A DNA stretch of 64,000 nucleotides from Tubulanus polymorphus. Taxonomy: Eukaryota > Animalia > Nemertea. The translations under genes and the position numbers were made by a program. The stretch spans positions 17,955,101 through 18,019,100 of the forward strand of contig NC_134025.1 in assembly GCF_964204645.1 (NCBI RefSeq). Direction: 5' to 3'. Below the pieces are notes generated by a model. The model did no database searches. It had not been told where the DNA came from and worked only from the letters and a program-made list of their open reading frames with translations. Positions 51,101 to 63,537 of the stretch are shown here, one piece after another (the first letter of the stretch is position 1; every line of letters begins with the position of its first letter).

Positions 51101-52070
51101 GTAATATCTTCTGTTGGATGTAAGCAACTTTTTATTGACCATAGAAAACATTTATTAGCAGAATTTTGTACATTTATAACAGCATTAGTTTTAAATGGTA
51201 ATTTGATATAACTTGATCCATTTATAATATCATCTTTATAATATGATAAATTATTTTCATCTATTGGTTTTGATTTAGTTAATTTATTATATTTTGCGTT
51301 TTAAACATGTTAAGTCATAAATATTATTTCATCAAATATTAAACCAGATCCTTCAAAATATTTCTCTTCTATCTTATTTTTTTATTTCATTACAACATTT
51401 CTTAAATTTATCATCTATATGTTGTTTAGATAAAATATGTTGTGAATGGGAATTTATATGTCATATTGGTTTATCTTCAGATTTTATAAATTTAACTTTA
51501 ACTGATATGCTAATTTTAGGGTTTCAACATCAGTAATTATTTTTATAATATTTTTCATATTTTCTAAATGTTTTTTATTTACTTCTAATGTTTTACCTTT
51601 ATGAAATTTAAACTCGATAGCTGCTGGACCAATATCACTTTAAATGCTTCAGTTATCTCTATTTCTTTTTTTTATCTAATGAATTAATATAATTTCCAAC
51701 ATCTTCCGTGTATGGTATTTTATTTTGTTAATTTATTTTTCATTCTTTTTTTTGCCTTCTGTTCCTTATCATTATCTTTATCAAAATAATCTTCACCTAA
51801 AATATCATTATTGATATTTGTAATATGATTTTTAGATTTTAAATGTTCTTTATAATATCTTTCATCACTGAATGGTTGATTACATGTGTCACATTTGTAT
51901 ATTTCTTTTTCATTCTTTAATTCATCTAATTTAGTTTCTAATATATCATCTTTATATTCTAATTTCAATTTGTTTTATAAATGTGTTTTAGTTTTATTAT
52001 GCCCTGCTTTTTTAGATTTATCTATATTGATTTTACATGTTGAACAGTAGTACTTCTTATTTGCTTCCAT
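48123..52070 (-). pseudogene. polB: Protein-primed family B DNA polymerase, copy A, with N-terminal zinc fingers; motif A deleted
   Basis: Collinear with copy B. KLMNNAFYGKT and YFDNDS are present. An in-frame deletion at ~49417 removes YIDANNLYGWAM. Confidence 0.93.
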
Positions 52071-52361
52071 TTATTATATAATTTTTTATTAAATTGATTT
52101 TTTTATTCGAAATCTATATCATGGCGCCCTTTTTCATTCTTACCTTTATATATGAAAAAGAAATCGCCAGAACTTCTAAATCTTCACTAGATAATCTATG
52201 AAATCTATCTGGTAAATATCTGTTTTCTATAAATATTCTGAATTTATATTTATTTCCTTTCAATCCTTCATATTCTAAGTGGATAACTAATCTGCATAAT
52301 TATTAGTAACTGTTTCAATATTTGTAATTAAACATTTCTTATGAAATGTTAATTCATTTAA

Positions 52362-54183
52362 TTTTTAGCATTGGTTGACGTCTATGACGTCATGCCAATG
52401 CTAGTAAAATGGATCGAAAATAGTAGTACGAAAAAATAGCACCGACTCTTCTCATTTTCATTGTAACTTCAAATTGTCACTCCGTTCACGTAAAACATTA
52501 GAAACAGCTGAAAATTACTAAAAAAATGTTTCAATTATTCCCCACAACATAGCGTCGCCAGATTTCTGATTTAATGGTCCAAAAAGTTATTCGATCGCAT
52601 TTTTCTCGTTCATTATCTTGTAGATGAGAGCGGGTTAAACAATCGCGTAGCGATATGTCCGCATTGACATTGGCAGTAAAGAATGGGGAACAGCCTCTTC
52701 TGAATAGAAAAACATAAAATTATGTACCTCCGGTTTATAAATATCACAGTGTTTGGATATCACTGTTATTCCAACTATCAGTATCCATGGGATTTTTTGG
52801 GATTAATTCTCAGCGTCAGAATACGTATTTCTAGAGCAGTGGAACGGCAGCCTACTCGTGACTGAAACCCGTATGTGATCGTGCGGGAACGCCTTTACTA
52901 AAGTTAAAACCATTTCATGATTCAATTCAATATTTCACTTCAATATTTATTTCACGGAAAAGCAGAACAATCAAATCATAAGAAAGCTAAACAAATTTAA
53001 AAAAGAACGAGAAAATAAAAAAAATGATGACACGAAACATCGAACGGTAAACGGTAGACTACCAGCATGATAGGATATCACCAATAAAGATAGATCATTT
53101 TACTCAATTTTACCAGAGTTGTTTATTGAAGGAAAATATCATTGTTTAAGTAGCCGAGAACAACCATGTTGTAATATCAATCAGTTGACTGACATCGTAA
53201 AATTCGATTCGGCTATATTCTAATATAAGTTTTCTTTTTAGGATGCCCTACCCGCCTGCTGCGCACTCATAAGGCGGTAGCACCCTCTTACGCACTAGGC
53301 AGAGATTCGCTTTGTAATGCGCGCCGGGAAAAAATACCTTTTATTATCTTTTCCATGCGTTAAACAACAGTGATTGAATTTACGCGTTGTTTGTCGTAAA
53401 TTGCAATATTGCGATGGTTATTTGCCGCCGCTGTAGTTTTTTGGAATTGAATCGAGCGGCCTCGGTAGCTCAGTGAGATAAGGCGTGATGCTGTTGAATC
53501 CACTATCAATGCAGAGTTACAAGTGGGTTCGAGTCCTGCTGGCTGCGAACAGTGTGCGGGCAACACTTCAAAGGCCGTACCGTCGTGAGGTTAAATGAAC
53601 AATCCAATAGGAATAGTCTTGGGAAACCAAGATCCAAACGACGTACGTAAAGCCAAACAAACAAAAAAAACAAACAAACAATCATCAGCCAGGCTCAGTG
53701 ACACCAACGCCGGCATCGCTCTCTGCGACGTTTTGCATGCGTACATGCATCAGAGCTTGGAGCTCTAAGATCAGAGGGTATTGCAATTGCATTCAGAAAA
53801 ATCGTTCTGTTTTTGTTTTCATTATTCAGTGGGGCCTTCAGTTCATGCGTAATAATGGGGTTTTGTATCCAAATCTTGATTGATATAAATATCTTGGCTG
53901 GGACATGATGGAAAACATCATAATAAACTAGTTTCGTCTTTTTAACAGAATCGCATTAATTAGGTTTAACAGTACAAATAGCCTAGGCTAAATCGTTCGG
54001 CAGAAAATAAATTCATTTTCAGGAATAAAATCGTACTAGACAAATAGACCTTTAAGTCTGTGGTCCTTCCAATCAACATCGTCATAGAAGATTAGCCGGC
54101 AGATGTAAAACATTATAACCACTTAAAATACCACAGTATAATCTACCAATGCTTTAAGGCCCATGGCCCATGGGCCTCTTGTT
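52362..54183 (+). mobile_element. Helentron-associated non-autonomous element (HINE)
   Basis: Inserted in a T-run. 5' subTIR AGCATTGGT with nearby inverted copy. 3' subTIR ACCAATGCT followed by palindrome AGGCCCATG..CATGGGCCT and CTTGTT. A related 3' end occurs at ~57415-57452. Confidence 0.7.
53454..53682 (+). mobile_element. tRNA-derived SINE nested in the HINE
   Basis: A box TAGCTCAGTG, B box GGTTCGAGTCC and (AAAC)n tail. Confidence 0.65.
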
Positions 54184-54373
54184 TAAATTTATAATCTACT
54201 GATTTAGCATTTGTGATATCTTTTTTTCTATCTGGAAATGATTTGTTGTTCTCACTGTGTACTTGTTTACTCTCCATTTTAATAACATTTTTTCTATTAA
54301 AATTGATTTTAGAAGTTATTCATTTATATATGTTATTCATTAATATGTGATTCATTTATATGAATATTATTCG

Positions 54374-54463
54374 AGTAATTGGGCATAAAGGGATTCAGAT
54401 CAAAGGTCGAAGGGTCGAGTGAGGAAAAAATAAAAAAGAAATTCGAGCTTGCGAGATTTATTT
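54374..54463. repeat. Inner arm plus loop of terminal palindrome (right end of unit A)
   Basis: AGTAATTGGG...CAAAGGTCGAAGGGTCGAG...AAATTCGAGCTTGCGAGATTTATTT. Confidence 0.7.
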
Positions 54464-54800
54464 AGTTCATAAATACTATGTTGTATCTCAGACACAAGAC
54501 AACTAGCCTTCGCACCAAAACCATAATGGTCCTGTCCCTAGATGTTTGACTGTTAATCACGGCCACAACAGACCAGTTGTCCGAATAAAACCAGATCGTG
54601 CGGTTTCTCCACTCTGAACCCCAGGTAGCCAGGGCCGCTAAAATAGGATAGAACTCCAAAACAGATATATTGTAATTTCTCCATGCTGTAGACCAAGAAC
54701 CATAAAACCAGCGCTGACCATAGACACCCCCATAACCCAAGGCACCTGCCGAATCTGTATATAGAAAGAGTGCGCTAGACGTTTGCCTATCATCGATGAC
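54464..54800 (-). mobile_element. DIRS/Ngaro retrotransposon RNase H fragment
   Basis: LYTDSAGALGYGGVYGQRWFYGSW..NISVLEFYPILAALATWG..IWFYSDNWSVVAVINSQTSRD..MVLVRRL. Confidence 0.85.
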
Positions 54801-54923
54801 AGTAATAGGGAATATGTTGTTTCGGGCCAAAGGTCGAAGGGTCGAAAAAATAAATTCTCGCACACTCAAATTTATTTTTCGACCCTTCAACCTTTAACCT
54901 GAAACAATGTATTCCCTATTACT
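54801..54923. repeat. ~123-nt imperfect palindrome (terminal hairpin, left end of unit C)
   Basis: AGTAATAGGGAATATGTTGTTTC...GAAACAATGTATTCCCTATTACT. Confidence 0.9.
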
Positions 54924-54982
54924 CTTAAAATATTCATCTAATAACTTCTAAAATCAATTTTAATAGAAAATATGTTATTAAG

Positions 54983-55327
54983 ATGGAGAGTAAACAAGTA
55001 CACAGTGAATTCTTAAATAGAATTAAAGATACTACAAATGTAAAATCACTAGATTGTAAATATAAGAAGTTAACAGAATTAACAATTTACAAGAAATATC
55101 TAATTACAAATATTGATACAGTTACTAATAATTATGGAGATAAATTAGAATATGAATACTTAGAATATGAAGGATTAAAAGGAAATAAATATAAATTCAG
55201 AACTTATTTACGAGATAGATTTCATAGATTATCTAGTGAAAATTTAGAAGAATTATGTTTAGGTGATTTCTATTTCATATACAAAGGTAAGAGTGAAAAA
55301 GGGCACCATGAAATAGATTTTGAATAA
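54983..55327 (+). CDS. Copy of ORF117 (114 aa)
   Basis: High similarity to 42030-42383. Confidence 0.75.
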   Translation: MESKQVHSEFLNRIKDTTNVKSLDCKYKKLTELTIYKKYLITNIDTVTNNYGDKLEYEYLEYEGLKGNKYKFRTYLRDRFHRLSSENLEELCLGDFYFIYKGKSEKGHHEIDFE

Positions 55328-55363
55328 TATGAAATCAATTTTGATAAAAAATTTAGTATTAAA

Positions 55364-56817
55364 CTGGAAGCAAATAAGAAGAACTACTGTCCGTCATGTA
55401 AAATTAATATAGATAAATATCAAAAAGCAAGACACAATAAAACTAAAACTAGAGAATAAATTGAAATTAGAATATAAAGATGATACATTAGAAACTAAAT
55501 TAGATGAATTAAATAATTAAAAAGATATATATAAATGTGATACATGTAATCAATCATTCAATGACAAAAGATATTATAAAGAACATTTAAAATCTTAAAG
55601 TCATATTACAAATATCATTAATGATATTATAGGTGAAGATTATTTTGATAAAGATAATGATAAGAAACATAAGACGATTAAAAGAATAAAAAATAAATTA
55701 AACAATAAAAGACCATACATGGAAGATGTTAGAAATTATATTAATTCATTAGATAATAAAAAAGAAATAGAGATAACTGAAGCATTTAAAAATGATATCG
55801 GTCCAGCTGCTATTGAATTTAAATTTCATAACGGAAAAACATGAGAAGAAAATAAAAAACATTTAGAAAATATGAAAAATATTATAAAAGTAATTACTGA
55901 TGTTGAATACCCTAAAATTAGCATATCAGTTTAAGTTAAATTCATAAAATCTGAAGATAAACCAATATATAATATAAATTCTCATTCACAACATATTATT
56001 TCAAAACAGCATATAGATGAAAAATTAGATAAATGTTATAATGAAGTAAAAACTAAAATAGAAGAGAAATATTTTGAAGGATCTGGCTTAATATTTGATG
56101 AAATAATATTTATGACTTTACATGTTTATAACACAAAATATAATAAGTTTACTAAATCAAAACCAATTGATGAAAATAATTTATCATATTATAAAGATGA
56201 TAATATAAATGCATCAAGTTATATTAAACTTCCATTTAAAACTAATGCTGTTATAAATGTACAAAATGAAGATGATAAATGTTTTTTATGGTCAATTATA
56301 AGTTGCTTACATCCAGTTGAAGATTATAATCAACATATTTCTAGATTAACAAATTATAAACAATTTGAAAATAATTATAAGATAGACAATTATCTAGTTA
56401 GAATTAAAAATATCCCAAAAATAGAAAGAGATAATAATTCAAAAATAAATGTATTTGATTTAATCAAATTACAAAATACAAAAGGTAACAATATAAAACG
56501 TTATACATAAGAACCTTTGTATTTATCAAAAGATTATAATTCAAATGGTGTTATAGATATATTATATTATGAAATCATTATATGTGGATTAAACAAATTG
56601 ATTTATTTTTTAAATCAGAAAATGATTATACTCGTAAAATATATCTACGTAGAAAATGTTTATATAAATTCAGTAACGAAATTGCATTATTAAATCATAA
56701 ACAATTATGTGATAATCATGATTATTGTAAATTAGTTTTACCAAATGAAAAGGATAAAGTATTAGAATTTAAAAAATATGAGTATAGGTAAATACCTTTT
56801 GTTATATATGGAGATTA
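55364..56817 (+). pseudogene. polB: pPolB copy C, N-terminal part only
   Basis: Collinear with the N-terminus of copies A and B (zinc fingers, INVQNEDDKCFLWSIISCLHP, HYMWIK). Truncated at YGD by foreign sequence. Confidence 0.88.
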
Positions 56818-59564
56818 TTTGTTCCTGTCTACCAGTGTCCGCGGCGTCAAGTCTCACCGTAGTGCCCATGGCAGTTGCTAAAGCAGATCTTCATAATTTA
56901 AAGAGTAGTAGAATGAACAATGTAAAATGTTTTCATCGATATCATAAAAAACTGTACCTCGAAGACACAGGACCTTTGGTCCTCCAGTCCTTCCTATTGA
57001 GGAGGCCGATATCGAAAATTTCTATCTGAACCCAAAATAGATAATGGCCAAAATTCAAAATTATGAGTAAGTCATATCTTTGGGACCAAAATGTTCAATC
57101 TTGAGTTGAATATGAAACGGAAAATGGGCAATTGATTGATAGGATGATGAACAGGAGAAAAGGGTAACTTTTTGGCATCAATCAAACATCTTGAAATGAC
57201 AATATGTTTTGGGGTTAGAAATATGCCGATGCCGTTTGCCAAACACATTACCAAGTTGCTCACGGTTCCTCAGGTTTAACACTTATGTAAATTCGAGCAA
57301 CTCATTTTCAGCGTGAATGTGATTCGAACAGACAAAGTGTGTGGTTCCACCACTCACTGTTAGTGTACGTTTGTCGGTAGATGTAAAGCGTAACCATTTA
57401 ATATCGTACCAAGTACAATCTACCGATGCTTCGAGGCCCATGGGCCTTGTTGAATTTCATCCACTATTCACCCGAAAGACATACGTATAGTATTTTTATA
57501 GATATGAAAAAGACATGAAAAGACAAATGTATTTTGACATTTAGTGCGTATATTTGATCATCCAAAGTAACAATCAAAGTAACAAAAAATCCTTCGGTTG
57601 TGAAATCTTACGTGGCCCAGTATACGGCGTGCTGGCTGTTTCTGGGTCGGTCATTTCTATAATCGTGTACTTCAGACGTGTATATTTTATCGCACGAGCA
57701 TTAGTTTGCGACAGAACTCTGAAAAAAAAATGAATAAAGATACACGAACCGTACGAAAACATCGCATCATCGGGAGAGTGGCCTCAGCTCAAAACCGATA
57801 TTTTAACAGACTCAGTGGATGAGCAACGATGCACAATCCTGAAATTAGAGGCAGTTCATAAAGGACGTCTACGATTACAAAACGTATTTTCACAATAATC
57901 ATAAGTACCATAAAACTCGATGGAATTTCGTTTTTCAATCATCGTGATATAAAGATAAATAGTACTTTAACATACTTTGTACTTCTTATACTGTATATTT
58001 CTTTAGTAGTATAAATAAAGAGTGGATCAGCAGGGCACCTGAGACCATTCCACGATCTAAGGTCAGTTGCCAAAAGTTAGTAAGTTTACCAGTGGATAGT
58101 TAACATTTATAATGACAATTTAAACTTCATTGCTAAAATGCTCAAATGCGGAAAATTGATAATACGATAATACGATACGAAAACTCACTGTGTACAAATT
58201 CAAAAAGATGATCTCTAGTGAGAGATCGAACGTTGTTTCGTAAATTTCTAACGATAAAACTTGGTGTGAAATTTGAAATGTGTACTTAGTGGATCTTTTT
58301 CATATTAACAGTGTATTTGGTCATGTATCACATTGTATAATGGTTAATTTAAACTAACTGGTCCCAGAGTTGTATCCATAATTCCTGTAAGAGAGGATGC
58401 AATCTTTTTGCGGCTAACAGTACAAATAGCTAGAAAAAGCAACGATAGTGCATTGGGAAACTTAAAGCAAGCGTACATTGGTTGTTTAGGTTTTTCGTTG
58501 GGAAAATTAATGTTTAATCAGTATTGAAATATCCGAGGCGAACTTTTCCAGGAATTTACAAAGTTTAGCTTTTTTTACAAGGAATTTTTTTTTGTAGTCC
58601 GATATCCGAAATTACCTCTGGCGTGGTGAGATACAATATAAAACCAACCGTAGAGTCAAATATTTTACCACAAATTTCTATAATTGATAAGAAGATTGAG
58701 TAATAGACACAGACATGCAAAGAGTATCTGAATTCCACTCCATTTCAAACTCATCATCTTTACACAAACTCCAACTTGTTGAACAGTTCAAAATTGCGTG
58801 GCTTGAATTATTACGATAACTAAAATTAGGGAGAATTGCTTGCAATACTTGCTCATCTACATTGGCTACCAATTTAACAAAGGATTGAATTTGAGTGTTT
58901 GATATTGTAAAAATACCATACTGAATTATGGATTCAGTTTCAACTTTTTGATTGAACAATTTTAATCACATATTGGGTGATTTTTACCCGCATATATGGA
59001 ATAACTGTCAATATATCATGTTCAATTTTATACAATCTGACTTTTGAGATGTCATTCAATCAATACATTCATTTGCGGTCGTCGCTTTCAATAGCCACCA
59101 CGGACTGGCTCCTTATTATCCCCTTGGCGATACCTTTCGGAGCCGTGATTAATTACGTATCTCTATTGGGAGAGGGGGTTACTGAATTTTGGTACAAAGT
59201 TGTACATGGGGGAGGGGGTCAGCAAAAAAGGTACGTACTTTGAGGGAGGGGGTATTAATCAATCTTGAAAAACGTGAGATTTTGAAGTACGTAATTTGTG
59301 AACGCTCCCTTGGCGGACGATCCCACACGTTTCTTGCTCCAACCCTAGAATGCGCAATAGTCGTCATGAACACCCGATTTGAATCTAAATTCAAAAGACT
59401 CCTAAAAACACACCTGTTGGCTAGATTACTCTAAAGCGCCTTTGAAAATTTATATGCAAGAATCAGTGAAATTGGCGCATTATCAGTTGTATTCATCATT
59501 CGAACCCACAATTCTCCTATCCTATGAATGTGGAGACCCATTCTCGTAAGAGAATGAATATATA

Positions 59565-60334
59565 AGCCGCGTTCACACGACAACTAGTTAGACCGGTCTA
59601 AATTTGGACCGGACCAGGTACGGACCCATTTAGACCGATCTAACTAGTTGTCGTGTGAACGCGGCTTATATATACATTATCTTACGAGGACCAAATTTTG
59701 GTGAGCATTCACTCGGCGTTTTGACACGCGGTGATAAAATCGCGTGTCTCCGGGCCCACAAGATGTCGCAATCTGCTAAATAATTAATTGCGCCTGGATG
59801 AAGTCTTGCTTCCAGATTCCAAGTAGGACAAAACATTCTTCATTTCTTCAATTCGATCCTCTGTCAGGTTTATACATTTTTGCGAATTCGATTTTATTCT
59901 ATCATGCTGAAACTCAAGTGTCGTTTAAACACGGTTCAAAACACGGCAGTAAAACGGATGATGATCGCGATATACGAATACGAATTACGCTCCAAACATT
60001 TTCATTGAATAGGGAGGAAAAATAGTACTTAAAAATGATTTCATAAACGGTGGTAAAAGCATTTAAAACTTAATAAACTGGACTCACACTCTACCGCAGA
60101 GGTTGCGACATCTACCGCAGAGATTCAGAATTACGATTTAGACCGGACCTGGTATCACACACGCATATTTAGACCGGTCCAAAATTTGGTCCGGGCCTGG
60201 TTCGCTCTTTTAGACCTTGCCAAATTAGACCGGTCTAGTTTGGAACGGTATTTTTACCCGTGTGAACGCTTGGTCTGGTCTAAATTGGACCGGACCAAAT
60301 TTAGACCGGTGTAAATTTCGTCGTGTGAACGCGC
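59565..60334. mobile_element. MITE with GCCGCGTTCACACGAC-type TIRs (PIF/Harbinger-like) and TAGACCGG subrepeats
   Basis: TIR at 59566, with inverted copies at ~59650-59665 and ~60320-60334. Confidence 0.6.
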
Positions 60335-60468
60335 ATATAGGCTCTGTTGCGTTCATATCATTTGTTATGAGGCTACGTGTCATCTTTATTTGGAAAATGG
60401 CGTTTTCAGATCAGAAAACGAGAGGACGACAAATCACTCATCACCACCAGTAATTTTTTCCCTAATAA

Positions 60469-63400
60469 ATGGGAGACAGTAAGTACCAGACAGAAAATAT
60501 TGATGTTAGTAAAAATGAATATTAGTGTCCATATTGTAAAATATACATCGATAAATCTAACAAATCTCGGCATGAAAAAACTGCAAATCATTAAAAAAAA
60601 TGTTATAGATTTTGAAACACCAGAAAATTCAAATGATAGAAAAGAACGATTAAATGATATGTAAAAAGACAAAATAAAATGTAAGTTTGTAATGAATTTA
60701 TGGCAAAAAGGAATTATAAAAGACATCTCGAATCACAAAAACACCAACAAAATTTAAATAAAAATATTTTAGGAACAGAATATTTTGATGATAAACCTCA
60801 ACAGGTAAAAAAACCAGCTTCAAAAACTAAATCTATTTCAAATAAACCTTTCATGGAAAACGTTAGAAATTATATCGATTCACTAGAAATAAAAGATACA
60901 ATTGAAATTTTAGAAACATTACGTAGTAAAATTGGTCCTTAAGCTATTATATTTAGATTTTTTGAAGGTACAACAATAGAAGATTATAGCAAATATATTG
61001 AAATAATGGACAAAATAATGGACCTTGTAACAGATGCTGAATACCCAAAAATTACTATTTCTGGAAAAGTAAGTTTTATAAAATCAGAAGTAAAAATGGA
61101 GTATAATATTCAAACATATTCTGAAGAAATAATTTCAAAAACACAAATAAAAGAGAAATTAGAAAAAATATTTAATAAATTCAAACGTCATATTGAAGAA
61201 AGATATTTTGAGGGTTCTGGTTTAACATTGAATGCAATTATATTTTCAGATTTAAACATTTATAATACAAAAAGGAATAACGCATCAAAAAGTAATACAA
61301 TGTTTAAAAATCATTCAAAATTTTCAACAGAAAAGGATGTTAAAGCATCATCTTATATTAAATTACCATTTACAACAAAAGCAGTAATACATTTTCGAAA
61401 TGAAGATAATAAATGTGTTCTATGGTCAATTATTAGTTGTTTACACCCAACTCAGGAAAATATTTGTAGAATAACAGATTATCGGAAATATGAAACATTA
61501 TATAAAATTGATCAATATCCAGTAACTATTAAAATGATTCCTGAAATAGAAAAAGTTAATTATTCAAAAATAAATGTATTCGAATTGAAGCAATTACCAG
61601 AGACAAAAAGTGAAAATATTAAAGATTATACATTACATGCTTTATATTTAACAGAATATTATGATGATGAAAATGTTATAGATTTATTATATTACAAAAA
61701 AGATGAAAATGAACATTATATGTGGTGAAAACAAATAGATTCATTCTTTAGAACAGAAAGTGATTTAAACAGTCATAAAATTTATCTATGTAGAAAATGT
61801 TTATCTAAATTTAGAACTGAAAATGCATTACTAAAACATAAAGAATTATGTGATAATAAAGATTTTTGCATATTAGTAATGCCAACAGAAAAAGATTATA
61901 AATTGAAATTTACTCATTATAAATCTAAAAATATAGTGCCATTTGTAATTCATGGGGATTTTGAATCGTTGAATAAAGAATTTACTAATCAGGATAGAAA
62001 AGATATATATCACAAAAAGCAATTTTTAAAATCAATGGACAAAGGAAATGAATTAAATGAAGACATAATTCAAGACCCACCAATCATAAAAACAATTTAA
62101 AAAGTTCATCAAAGAGCTGCTGCTCATGCTATATTTATAAAAAAATCAAATTATCCTGAATTATATGAAAGTCAATATATTTCTTATAGAGGTGAAGATG
62201 TAGTAAATGAATTTTGTAATAATATAATTGAATTGAATTGAATTGAATGTGATTTTGCACAATTATTAAATCAAAATAAAAAAATAATTATGACTTAAGA
62301 AGATGAAGTTAATTTTCATTATGCAACTCATTGTTGTTATTGTGAAAAACGTTTTTATTCATTTGATAAAAAGTTAAAGATCATTATCATTTAAATTCAA
62401 AATATCGTGGAGCAGCTCATGAAGATTGTAATTTACAAGCTAAAAAAGTAAATTTCGTATCAATATTATTTCATAATTTATCAGGATATGATACTCATCT
62501 ATGTATAAAACAATTATCAGGAAAATTAGGCGCAATTAATCAAGAAATAGAAGAATATAATGCTATAAATGATGCAAATGTAAGAAAATATGATTTTAAG
62601 CTATTAGCTAAGACATCTGAAAATTACATTTCATTTCAATTTGCTTGTTTGAGATTTTCAGATCCTTATAGATTTTTAGCAAGTTCATTAGCTAATTTCC
62701 TATTTTAAAGCAAATGATGAATATAGATTATTGTATATCGATGCTAATAATTTATATGGTTGGGCAATGATGCAATATCAACCATATAGAAATTTTATAT
62801 TAACAGAAGTAGAAAATGATGATAAAACTAATTGGGAAAGCGCAATTATGAGTTTAGAAGATGATGCTCCAATTGGTTCTTTCTTTGTAATTGATTTAGA
62901 ATATCCTAATGATGATATAAAATTAAAATATAAAAACTTACCATATTGCCCAGAACATTAAGCCGTAGATGATAGTTATCTAAATGAATACCAGAAAAAA
63001 ATAAAACTGAACGACCATGTTTTTACAGAAAAATTGATATTAACACAAAATAATGAATGTAATAATATTGTTCATTATAGAATATTAAGATTTTATCTAA
63101 AACAAGGAATGAAATTAAAGAAAGTACATAGAGATATTGAATTTAATCAATCGAAGTGGTCCGAAAAATATATAGATTTCAATACTCAACAGAAAACAAT
63201 ATCTAAAACAGATTTTGAAAAAGATTTTTTTAAAATTAATGAATAATAGTTTTTATGGAAACATGTGAACATATTAGAAATAGAAATGATATTGAATAAG
63301 TAAATAATTCTGAACGATTGGGACATTTACAATCGAGTCCTGGACACTTAGGAAATAAAAGATTTGAAGATTATTTAACAGCAGAAAAATTAAAAAGAAC

Positions 63401-63537
63401 GTCAATGAAATCTAATAAACCTATATTCATTGGTTCAACTGTTTTAGAAATATCAAAATTATTAATGTACGATTTTTATTATAATGTTTTACAACCACTT
63501 TTTGGGGAAAAGCATATAAAAAATCTCATATTTTGAT
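60469..63537 (+). pseudogene. polB: pPolB copy D (more divergent), N-extein up to motif C
   Basis: Zinc fingers, KCVLWSIISCLHP, IHGDFES, FHNLSGYDTHL, YIDANNLYGWAM, KLMNNSFYG and KPIFIGSTVLEISKLLMYDFYY..ISYFD. Internal deletion near 62700. Confidence 0.9.

Larger units (their letters stand above)
52103..54277 (-). pseudogene. Copy of ORF117 split by a HINE insertion (5' part 54184-54277, 3' part 52103-52361)
   Basis: Both parts align to 42030-42383 and rejoin across the insertion. Confidence 0.85.

Noticed and set aside
54462-54890. 142-aa ORF as a real gene
   Set aside because: Chance fusion of hairpin sequence with a DIRS RNase H fragment.
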